DNA from: Eutreptiella sp. 'Long Island Sound 2002'
Lineage: Eukaryota; Protista; Euglenida
DNA length: 64,000 bases
Direction of reading: 5' to 3'
NCBI GenBank assembly: GCA_964036045.1
Contig: OZ038378.1
Span: forward strand, 140,244,001-140,308,000
The translations under genes and the position numbers were made by a program. This document shows positions 45,051 to 56,490 of the stretch, in pieces; position 1 is the stretch's first letter, and the number at the start of each line of letters is the position of its first letter. The notes under the pieces were generated by a model. It was not told the DNA's origin. It worked only from the letters and a program-made list of their open reading frames with translations, and did not search any database.

Positions 45051-48000
45051 TCTTCACAGAGGAGTGCACACCGCCCTAGCCTTTCGGACACAAGGGACCG
45101 CGCCACAAGCATGCCACATACATGTGGCCTCCGTCAATCAGTGATTTCTTCACCTAAGATGAGCCCAGCAGAACGAAGCAACATCACCGGTGAGCAACAA
45201 GAGCACAGGTTGACCCGAAGGTTGGTGGTATTTTTATGCAGACTAGAAAAGGACGGAAGTCCACTCCGTGAAAGGGAAAGCTTGCCACCAAGGGAATTTT
45301 GCCTAACAGAGATGGAAAAGATGTGGTGCTGGTTGTGGATTAATGGAGAATTGGATGCTTCGATTGATAGTGTGGTCCCACTAGTCTTGAGACAGGCACT
45401 CACACGGAATTTGGTTGAGTCCTGTATGTCGTTGTTTTATGTTCAGGGTTGGGTGGCTGGGTGCGACTTGGGTCGGTCCGACTTTTGGAATTTTTTCTTT
45501 CTGCAATGTGTTTTTTTTTTTGCAAATGTTTGATTATGCTTCTTTCATGACAACACTAGCCCCAAGGTTTTGCTAGTGGGCTTAGATTTTGATATTTCAT
45601 TCGGGGTCGGGGTCCTATTGGGTCCATACAAATACCGTTGCATATTTGGGGGTCCCTTGTCCCCTATTCTTTTGAGGACATGGCGTGCTGGCCACACAGT
45701 GTTTGTGAGCGACCCCAATTAGGGCCCGATGGGTCTTTTTTTCTGGTACAAAAGGACCGGCAAAAAGCAAGTTTTACAGTCAACCTCTTGGCTTAGGCCA
45801 TACGTCACCACCCCCAAGATGACCATGTCTTTGGTGGAGGTGGCGGCCATCCTTCTCATAGTGCAATGTCCCTCTCATTGTAGTTTTTGCCTCCCCGGTC
45901 TAACGGATCCATTGATAGTGTCGTTTCGGTGCTTTTGGAGCTTCTTTCGCCGAAAAAGCGGCCAGGGTGTTTGGGGTGAGTAGCCTGTCATATCGATATC
46001 CATGCTTGTTTTTGGAGTCTAACTCTATGGGTTCGCTACCACCAGATTTTTTTGGTTTCGAGCATTGCCCTTTGGTTGGGCTTGCAGCCAAATTATTTGT
46101 TGGGACGGCTGGCCGTCACAAATGCTATAGTTTAGATTTAATACGACGACATTCTTGTCATCGGTTTCACCGGCTGACGGTGGCTAACACGGTGGGTCGG
46201 GTTTTAATTGAGCCCCAAGCGCACATGGTTGCCTATTTTCCACTTAGACTAGATGGGTAGATGGGTAGATGGGTAGATGGGTTTAGCTGAGGGCTCCATT
46301 AGTGGGTTGCCAATGAAGTAGGCCGCTTTGCTGGTCAGATGGTTATTTTTCGCTGCGAGTTTTGCCTTCGTAAGGATTTGTTGGTTGTATTATATGGCAA
46401 GTGCGCCCTCGCCGGGGAGTCCTACTTTCCCTTGTGCCGGCTAGGGTCCATATTCTTTGGACACCACAACTAATGGGGTTTACCCCACTACGATTGCAGC
46501 ACTCACTCGTTGTGCCCATTGTCCTCGTTGCGCACAAGTGGACGGTTCTAGTTTTGTGCCAGCCCCCTCGCCGGTGGTCCCATTCCGTATTTTTCGACGC
46601 CGGTGACAGACCCAGTTGGAAAACGGGGTTGTGAAACCTTAGAGCCGGGGGCACGACAAAAGTGGCCCCTAGGAATTTTGCCATCATCATTTGATTTAGT
46701 TGCTTTCCCTAGAATTCGCTTTAAACTTTATTCAGTCAACATGGTGGCCCATTGCGGCTGTAGTGGGCAATAATTTATTGGTTTTGCATATGTTTTCGAA
46801 CGTGAAAGCTAGTGTCGGTCTTGCGCACCAAAATAGGATTTTAGGTGCCTAGTGTATGCTTAGTTTGTGCACCGTTGCACCTTGTGCATCTCGTGGGTGC
46901 AAAGTGAATTATATCCGGCGGACCCAGGGAGCCGGATTAGTTCTGAATTCCACGGCGATGAAGCCTTTGTAGAGCTCGCATCTTTCTATGTTGTTTCGAC
47001 GAATTTCGGGCAACTCTAACTTGTGGCCATAACTCGTGTGGACCCTTGGATTGCCAAGGGTCAAAATTGTTCGGTTGTCTGAACGTAATGCCGCTGAGCG
47101 TTGACAAGCCACAACCTTTCCAATGGCATGAATCCATTGCCGAGAGCTAGTTTGGCGGTCGTTGGTGGTGCTTGTTGCATGGCTAGCATGTGTGTTTGTG
47201 GTTTTTCTACGCCACTGCCCGTGGAGCTTTTCGTCTTCGTGTAGGAGCCTTCGGGCCCCAAGCGCTTTCCTTCGGGTTTGCACGTGGCAGTTGCACTATT
47301 TTACGTCCCGCATGCAGATTCGGTGTTTGCATGCATTGAAAACCCATTAGGACTGCAGTCATGTGTTTGTTTGTGCTTTGTGCTTGTGTATGCTCCGCAT
47401 AATTGGAGTTTGATGCACTCAAACTAAAGTTTTGCTGTGTGTGCATGCTTATGCGTTTTTAGTGTGCTTTCTTTTTTTTGCGTAAAGTCTGTTGGCCCAC
47501 CAACTCACAGATATGTCGGGTGTTTCTACATCGGCGGTTTACGATACACCGACCCATCAAGTATGCAGTGACGTGTTCGTTTGTGTTTTGTGCTTGTGTA
47601 TGCTCCACAACACTAGGTTCCTCACATGCTTGTTTGGGGGCTTCGTTGGAAGGAGGTCAATTGGGAGGCTTCTTGGAACAACATGAGTGGGACAATGTGC
47701 CGCACAAGGATTCCCCTCTAACATTGTTGGTTGGTGCCATTTGCATTGTTTCTTTGACAAAAGGCATGTGTGGGATTCCCTAACTAAATTTGTTGTGTTT
47801 GGACAACTCTTTGGCTACGGAGGTGTATGTTTCTTTGATAGTTGATGACGTGCATTTAGCCTTCATCTCAATTTAGATGTTTGTTTTGGGCCACACCCAT
47901 GCAATCAATCGGTGCGCCAAATGACTTGAAGGAATTCCTAGCGTAATCCTGCGGTGTAGCACCCAGGATTTCCTTCATGGGTGCAATGCAACGAACTTAA

Positions 48001-48199
48001 GCTAGGAATGGACAAATTAATTCTCGGTGTATTTTGCGGACATTTCAAGTGGAAGGCTTGGTGGCTTATGGCGCGGAGCGTTTCCAAGGGCCGGGTGTGT
48101 ATCCTGGGACTCATCAATAGCTGGCAACTCACCACATCCTATGGGTCCCACTATGACCACCCCGGTTTTGGGTGGTGGCAGGGTTTTTCATTGAAACGT

Positions 48200-48670
48200 G
48201 GTACGTTAAATCACGTTAAATCACGTTTTACCACGTTTTGAGCCGACTTGCCAAATCACGTTAAACCACGTTAAATCACGTTAAATCACTTTTCATTCTG
48301 CCCCAACCAGGGGGGGCGGCCATGTTTTTCAATGGGGATGTGGAGCAGCGCTTCACTAAGGACTGATGTATTTAGGTTGTTTCTCGCATCCAATATCTCA
48401 TCTGTACTGTTCCTGTAGCATTCAAATGTGTGAAGAAATTTTGGTGGACTGAGAATTGTCTCCTACAAACCTGTCCAGTGCATTGCCCTGTGTTACATGC
48501 TCCCAAGGACAGGGCTCATGAATGAGATTGGTGTACATGGGTTTACCATGTTCAGAATCCACATAGCAGCATGGAATTGCAACCCAGAAATCACGTTAAA
48601 AATCACGTTAAATCACGTTAAATCACGTTAAATCACGTTAAATCACGTTTCATCCGGGGCAGCCCAATCA
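48200..48670. repeat. Two co-oriented clusters of a 10-bp AATCACGTTA repeat (48203-48290 and 48589-48650)
   Basis: Direct inspection. Both clusters end in ...TTTCAT. Confidence 0.9.
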
Positions 48671-50237
48671 CGTTTCTATGAAAAACCCTGGTGGTGGCGC
48701 GGCCCTCTGCCAACGTCTCAAGAAATGCAAGCTACTAGCTAGGGCAGAGCCTGCTCGCAAGGGGCCAATCCCCATACCTGTTGGTGGCCAAGGTTCGTTT
48801 GTAAGGGCGTTGTTGTCCTGATAAGGTATCCACCTCAGAGTTAGAGCGAGAGGTCTATGGACTAAACTTCGCGAATGCAAATCCGTTGTACACCATTTGG
48901 TAAGATAGTTGCCACATTTGCAATTTTGATATGGGGCGCAGCAGTGAGGAAGTTTGGTGCCGTTTGTTACCATAATGGACGACTCCTTTCTTTGCTGCAC
49001 CGTGTAACAGACACTCCCCCCCCCCCCCCCCCGCCGTGTCCGACGAACTGCTTGTCCAACGAACACTTGGTGTTCAGACTGTAATAATTTGATACCCAAA
49101 TTATTTAGGTCCCGAGTTTCAGAGTACATGATTTAGTCTGGACGGTTGGGGAAATGAGGGGATGTTGTGGTGTGTTTTGCAATGATGTTTGTAAAATTTG
49201 TACAATAGGATGTAAGGTACTGGCACCCCTCAATTATAGGACCTCTATTGCCCATCGTTACTGATTCGCTACTCACATTTCTTCGCGCGCGCGCCGAATG
49301 GCTTGTCCAACAAACACTGGGTGTTTGGGGGAGCACTTGACTGGTGCGCGCGCGGCGTGGAGATTTGGCCCCCTATCCCAACCAAGCAACCTTGCTTACC
49401 ACCAAGGGGTTTTCTCTCTATAGGGGCCGTTTTAGGAGGGGGAGGAGCCTAGGCCGTTCCAGGAAATCACGCGGCAAAAGGAGGGTGCGGTGGGATAGCT
49501 CGGCAAATACTGCACCAACAACCATAGCACAAACATCATACAGATCTTACCATCCCAATGTAGCTCGTAAAGTGCTCAGAAGTGGTGCATTGCGTGAAAA
49601 GGCTTGCGATGAATTTCAGAACAAACATCTCAAAGGTGCTTATTGTAGAAACCTTTGTTACAGATTGCTCGACCTTTGTTATGACTTGATGTATCACTGC
49701 AGCTCATACCAAACATCTAGTTCGCTGGTATCATTACCAGACACCCATAAAGTAAATTGGCATGTATAGCATTTATCTTGCGGACCGGGCTGTTTTTGGA
49801 GGGGAGGCCACTTGGGAAATTGTTTCTCTTTTCTCACCTTCATTCCACATGGCTTTGTTGTGCTGTGTTTCTATTGTCATATTTTGGGCACTTGTTTGGG
49901 TATTGGTGCCTTATCCTGACAACACCTTGCCTGGAAGGGGTACCTGCTGCACTTGTTCTGATGGTGGAGGCCAACTTTGACTCATCTGACTCAGGGAGCG
50001 GGGGGTTGCTCTTGGAAAAAGTGGGATGATCATGGGAAAGCAATCCCCCCACCCCCAGCCCCCCCAATGCCGACTCCACCCTACCCAAACAGCCTCTAAG
50101 GGACACTCCCTACTGATGATGCACCTTTGCCTCGAGTGCCTCAGCAGCCTCCAGTGAAACTCCCCCAACACTGGCCGGACTTCTTTTATCATCCAACCAT
50201 CAGCCTTTATGTACCCACCCACTTTGGCCCCTCACAG

Positions 50238-50425
50238 GATTCCTATCCAAACTGGTGGAGACCATCCTGCCGCTGCTGAACAGCCAGCTCCACGAAGTAA
50301 TTTCTTTGGGGCGAAATGTCTTGGAGCGCCTCCTTTCAATCTCAGACCTTGCTCCTTTATCCCTCAAGCTCTCCACTCTCATCACGAGACTGGTGGCTGA
50401 CAAGCACGATGACTCCCGCACAGAG
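50238..50425 (+). CDS. Candidate internal exon, Leu-rich helical (FLSKLVETILPLLNSQLHEVISLGRNVLERLLSISDLAPLSLKLSTLITRLVADKHDDSRTE)
   Basis: Acceptor CCCCTCACAG at 50228-50237, donor GAG|GTG at 50426, amphipathic-helix-like frame. Confidence 0.4.
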
Positions 50426-50469
50426 GTGCCTGACCCATTCCAAGACACTTCAACCATTGCATATCGCAT

Positions 50470-50670
50470 GCGCTAAACCGTACTGTGCTGTGCTGTCGTT
50501 TGCTATCCTGTACTGTATGCTGTGCTTCAGTGTCTGATGCTGTCCTGTTTTGCGTTGTGCTGAGCACGTACTGTTACTGTACTGTACTGTACCGTACTGC
50601 ACTGCACTGCACTGCACTGTACTGTACTACTGCACTGCACTGTACTGTGCTGTGCTGTCCTGTACTGTGC
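50470..50670. repeat. (CTGTA/CTGCA/CTGTG)n pentamer low-complexity tract
   Basis: Direct inspection. Confidence 0.9.
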
Positions 50671-53316
50671 AGGCCTCGTTTATCAGATTTAAGTTGCAAA
50701 GGGGGGAGGGGGATCAGGGTGGGTGCGTCTTCAGCCGGGTGGGTGGGTCTGAGGCTCTGGACCCCCCCCCCCTCTCAGAATTATTCCGAGGGTTTCCTGG
50801 GTTGGGCTCCTGCCACACCTTCTTTCTTTGTTTTCAAGAGCCTTGTCTGGTTGTGTGCTGTTGCCCCTTTTCGCTTTGTCCTTGTGCAGGCACCATGCAG
50901 CACTCACTGCACACAGCACTCAGTGATTAGTGCTTGCTGCGGGGTAGCAACTGCCTGGCAATGGCCTGAGGAACACCCCGGTAGCACGCTCTACCCCGGT
51001 ACCGTCTCCCCGCTGGGGGGGGGGGGGGATGGTCGCCAAATGACGGTCCCAACCCCAGGGGGGTAGGAGATTGCATGGGCATTTCAAGGCAAACTGTGGT
51101 ACCCTCCACTGATGCAAGCAAACAGAACGCAGGTGAAGCAACTTTTGCATTGATGCTCTTCCAATGGCAGAACACACCAGGAGTTTTCAGAGGCCAAAAT
51201 TCTGCACCCTGCAGCCCCTACTGGTGCACCATGAATTTTCGCCGCAAGACATATTGCCTAGCAAAACAGTGAAGTGACCCCGAGGGGGGGGGGGGGGTGA
51301 TTGCAAGGGGGGGGGGTTTGCAAGGGGGGGGGGGGTACAAGTCACCCCACTGATTCGTGTTTCGCTTGTCTCAATTGATCCAAGGGGGTGGGTCCCTTGC
51401 TGTGTCTTAGTTGAAGCTCCAATCATGTGAGTGAACGTACTCCACCCGCCCCTTTTCCGCTCTGTTTGCGACGGTGTGGGGGCCCATCAGGCCCCCACAC
51501 TGCACCAAGGGGGTACTGGCCCCAACAATGAAGCCAATACCCAGATCCCAGTAAATCATTGGCTCCGTTTGCCCTATGCCCGTGTGCTCGCAAGTGGCAA
51601 ATGACCGGTGCCCTCGTTCGGTACCATTGGCACCGTGCTGAGCGAGCATGATCCCCTCAGTGGGTGTGCCTGGCCCCGTGCATAAAGCACGGACCTCCGT
51701 GGGGAGTTCAGTTGCTTTTTGCTTAATCGCATCTGCATCTGCATTTATGTGCGCGTCTGTGTGGTTGTGCCCGCATCTTCCCTTGCACAACCCACTGCTC
51801 TGCACCCTCATTTCTTCTTGAAGGGTGGTCTTGGCCTTCATTTCCCCACCATTTTTTTTAAGGTTTTGTTAAAGACTGCCCTGATAGACTGCCACAGTTC
51901 CTTCCAACTGCTGTCAGTTGCCCTCCAACCGCCGTTGGTAACCCTCCACTTCCTGGTGCGAGGTGTGCTTTACCAGCATCAGTGCAGCTTATTGGCATTC
52001 CCTCCCTTTTTATGTTCACAAGGCCCTCGACATGTTCTGATGCGTTCTTCAGGAAGACGACGATGGCCTTTTGACAGACCGTACAATGCCGCAGTTGCGG
52101 CTGGCGTGCCAGGCCGGTGCCCTCTCAGCGGCCTCCTTCTCCCTCATGTTCCCGATTCTCAAGGCGGTACTCACTAAAGAGAAGCTGGTGCCTCCCAAAC
52201 GGGTATGTGTTGGGTTTCTAATGGCCGGGGTTGTGGGTGATGTGTTTCTGTGCCTGGGATCCATTCTGCAGACGTTTTTTCGTGTCTCTTGGGACATTGA
52301 TCATGCCTCCTTCTATTTTTGCCGGTTGTGGCGCAGTGGGGGCTGTTGGTAAGCCAAAACGGGCTCAAAGCAGGCCCAAAAAGATTGGGTTAACCATCAC
52401 GAGTGGTCTGCGAACAGCGACGGAAGAAACCGCTGTCTTCCGCTGTCTTCCTGGAACCAACGGCACACTGGTGCACTGTGCGCTCGTCTGTTTGGGCCAT
52501 TCCTAGGGATGGATACCAGGGGGGGGCTGTGGGTGGACTAGTGCCCTGGGAATCAGATCTGGAGCCATGCAGCCCAATAAATAGCCCAATCTTGGCTTGA
52601 GGCAAGTGGTGCAAAAAGTGGAGATTTGATTCCTTTTCGGCACGTTTTGGGCACGTGGTTTTAGTCAATTAGAACACATTTGCAGACATGTTTTGTGCTG
52701 AAGAAAACCTGAAGAAAATCAGATTTCGTGTGGGGCAAACAGATAATACTGATATGCAGACGTCATAACACCACAAATCACATCCGCCCATGTGATCTAG
52801 ACTGAAGAACAGGGTCCCTAAGGAAAATTGACCTACACAATCAGCATGTGTCTGCAAGCCACTTCTTTCCTTCGGCCTCTTGTTGCAAAGTGCAGTCTGG
52901 GCTAGAGACTTTCCTCCCTTGATTGTTGTGTACGTAAATCTTCCACAATGCTGTGAGTGCTGGCATTTCCCTTGCGCTCCCCAATGGCTCCAGGCCGCTT
53001 TCTGTAGGGAAAGCCCGGTGCGCATCCAGCTGCGTTTTATCATCCTGGTGCGCATCCTGGGCTCTTTCATATGCTGTCTACACGTGATCTCTTCCACAAC
53101 TGCTCCTGCCACTGCCTGCAATGACTGTGTCATTGATCCCAGTACTCTCTGGAAGTCTGTAACACGCCAGTCCAGGACATCACCTTTCAGTTGAGTTTTT
53201 CTTTTGCAAAAGATTGTACTTGGAAAGTCCTTTGAGCATATCTCAATGCAGATCCCAAAGCAGGCCTGCGCAAAGCACAACAGGGTTCAGGCCACATTGG
53301 TGAATTCGGGCAGTCC

Positions 53317-53491
53317 TTAATTGGGCTTCAAGAAGGCTGTCATGGACAATTGTGTGGGTGCTGCTTTTGGTTTTGGTTTGGCAGCCACAGGAGGAGCAGC
53401 GGGCTGAGCAATGGCCTCATCCTCATCTCTGGCAGCCAAAACATCGTTATACCAAAAGGAGGGGTCATCAACATTCCAATCTGCCAGATTT
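53317..53491 (-). CDS. Candidate terminal exon ending in a PIP-box-like motif (...AAKPKPKAAPTQLSMTAFLKPN*)
   Basis: Acceptor TTTGTTTGCAG (AG at 53493-53492). QLSMTAFL fits Q-x-x-(L/I/M)-x-x-F-(F/L) at the extreme C-terminus. Confidence 0.4.
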
Positions 53492-54967
53492 CTGCAAACA
53501 AAGAGCGCCGGGAACACTGCACATGGGGGTCTCACAAATAAGAACACGCGAAAAATAAGAACACGCAAACAAATAAGAACACGCGCATGTTCTTGTAGGG
53601 GGGGGGGGGGGCTTTAGAACGCGTAGAATGTCTCTAGAGGCACACACAAAGGCAACAAAGAACAATGCTCAAAACACCGAGCACACGTGGGCTGCATAGC
53701 ACCAAGGCAAGGGCGTAGGCAGGAGGCAATTGTGCTTCTGTCATTGGAATGCAGACACTTCCCATCCATTTCGAACTGTTGCAAGTGTGTGGCGGGATAC
53801 AGGGGTGCAGGCATGGCAACTACACGAGAAAAGACAAAAAACAATGCTGGGTGATGGGTGTGAAGAAATTAGGGCCCGGGGGACGCATAGAACGCGTAGA
53901 TCGTTTCCCGAGGCAGACTCAGAGGCACCAAACCGAAACACGCAGAACGTGCAACACACGCAGCATGTGTAGCACCAAGACGGAGGCAGAGGCGGGAGGC
54001 AATTGTGATTCTCTCCTCGAAAATGGCTGAATTGTGCCAAACAGATAGTTCCATCGCGTCGGGCACCCTCGAAAACCCCCCGGAAGCACAAAACAGTATT
54101 GAAAGCAAAAACGCGAGAATTTTTCGTTTTGCGCGCTCTACGCGTGGTAGCCAAAGGATTATGGTGGCACTGGACCTCAGCAAGACATGCATGGGACTAC
54201 GCTATCCCCAGCCCTGACTGGGAATTCATGCCAACCCTTGCACTGTGGCCTCACCTGGGATCTACAGCCCCGGATTTCAAACAGCTGGCAGCATGCCAAC
54301 TGTGGCCGCAAGGGGCGCTTGGGACACGCCGGGGGCGGGCACTGAAACTGCCACTAATGTCCTCGTTGACATCTCCGGCGATGATGCCTCAACAGACGAA
54401 GACGGGGACAATGCACCACAACCCATGGAACTCTCTGGCCCGCCTAGTGGAGAGACCAACCGACCCGGAGCCCAACGACCTTCGACTCCTCGTATGACAA
54501 GCGGCCCCAGGAGCGGAACGGCACATCCGCGTTCGTGTCCGCATACCGCGCCGGCCCCGAGCCCCGCACCCAAGTAAGCAACGTATGCTAGATCCGCGCG
54601 GACAAGTGCCATTACGCCGATTGCGGCGCAAGAGTCACCATAGCGTGGCAGCACTCTCGGCTTCCAATTACGGTGAAGCTCGCATCGTGCGCGGGGCCTC
54701 CTTGACATGTGGTGGGTTGAAAATATGCACATGGCGTTGGAGGACTCGTGGAACTTGGAAGCCGCAATGCGTGACACCCAACTGCTGGTCCTTACCGTTC
54801 ACCGGACGAGGCGTCCGGTCGGGAGCTCTTGGGAACTCCTGCAGTCGCGGTGGAAATGCCTGCAAGGGGATTTGGCCCGGCTAGGGCGGTCATGGTCCCC
54901 CCCACGCTTTGGGCGAAGTGGGGCGGGCCCCATGTTCTTTCAGGCGGGGGCCATGGCACTAGAATAG

Positions 54968-56200
54968 CCCCCCAAGGTGGAGGCGCTCATGCGCTCATTG
55001 GAGGTGCTAGGCAAGGTGCGCCGCACGGGGGAACCCGTAAATGCACAGGTATTTGTAAAATGGCAGTCGTTTGGGAAGTGTGCCATGATTATAGACATGT
55101 GCGACTTCATTGTTTCTGGGGCATACAAGGCCTGCCCATTCCGCCTTCCCACGCTTCAAAAGCTCGCAGCCCTTCTCCGCTCACTCCCACGAGGAGCCTA
55201 CGTGGTTGCCATAGACGTTGCGAACTGCTGCTGGTCGGTCAGCCCATGAGGAGAACTGTCAGAGGCGGTTCGTGTTGCCACATGCACGGGAACATACCGA
55301 TTTTCCGCTCCCCGTTTGGCTGGCACCAGCCCTCATGCCTAGTAGTACACCCCGTGGCACACTTCCTTGGGGACCACGGCACCCACGTCGAGGTGGTATA
55401 GTACCCGGACGACGTTGTAGTCGTCAGGCGCTCAACAAATGCTGACCGACAAACCACTGGGTCGAAGGTTGCACACCTCGAGAAAGCGGGGTTCCTAATT
55501 GGCCGAAAATCGCTCCTTGAGCCAACACAATCTGTAGGTTGGGTGGGGAATGACCTGCACAATGCACGTGCTGCGCACCGGCCAGCGGCCTTGGTTGGTG
55601 TGGTCGCAAGGTCAGTGCGGCGGGGAATTAAACCCTATGGTTGGGAGGCCCTCCAACACCTGCTGGGACTCCGTGGTTGGCTGGCTCACCCTGGCCTCAA
55701 CCCGGGGTGCTTCCTATTTGGGGCCAGGGCCTAGGTGCTCCGGAGGCCGCGAGCTCGCACCACATCAATTGCGGTGGCATGAGGGGTGCTCGAAGCGCTT
55801 GCCGCGTCCGGCAGGGGGTGGAAGCCCCCACCAGTTGGCGGGACGGAGCGCAGGGTGTTCACGGATGAGGCCGCATCACCCCACTGCCTTGCTATGCAGG
55901 CTTGTGGAGACACCGTGGGGCCCGCATTCACAAGTGCCCCCGATGGCTGAAAACCCAATAAGCAGCAAACCTTTGTGGGGTGTTGTGCGCTCTGGACGAA
56001 GCGCGCTAGAACGCACATGCCGATCCCGATTTGGTGGTGGACAACACGGCGGCAATTGCACACATCCTCCAAGGGAGGGCGTGTGTGGCCCTACCCCCCT
56101 GGAATCACATCCTGTGATGCCTGGCTCACATACTGCGTGTGCGCCTGCCGAGAGGGTAATGCCCCCCTCCCCCCCGTGCATGCACCCCGAGGTACACTCT
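54968..56200 (+). mobile_element. Decayed DIRS/Ngaro-like pol (RT + RNase H)
   Basis: VFVKWQS..KCAMIIDM; PFRLPTL; IDVANC.WSV; PFGW; YPDD (55402-55413); GFLIGRKSLLEPTQSVGWVG; RVFTD; VDNTAAIA (56037-56060). Stops and frameshifts are present. Confidence 0.75.
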
Positions 56201-56400
56201 AGAATACCCAATTTTGTTGCAGTCTAGAACGGCTAGAACGGCTAGAACTAAATAAAGTGGGGGTCACCCTAACCCGTGGGAGTAAAGGGTTGGTGATATG
56301 AAGGCTACAACTCGGGCCCCCCTAACTGTACTAGGGGGCCCACGTTTTGTTTTTCCTAATTTCACGGTTTAGCCATCAAATTGGTCAGGGAAAAAATGGT

Positions 56401-56490
56401 GTTCTAGCGACGTTCTAGCGACGTTCAAGCGAGAGCCACTAGCATGCGCTAGAACGTCGCTAGAACACTTCGCTAGAAGATTGCTGGAAC
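56401..56490. repeat. Palindromic cassette copy 1 (perfect 20-bp inverted repeat)
   Basis: GTTCTAGCGACGTTCTAGCG (56401-56420) and CGCTAGAACGTCGCTAGAAC (56447-56466). Related GCTAGAAC repeats at 56223-56248. Confidence 0.9.

Noticed and set aside
53616-54030. Diverged direct repeat at ~273-bp offset with Cys-rich translations
   Set aside because: The similarity is visible, but no consistent open frame or domain could be assigned.
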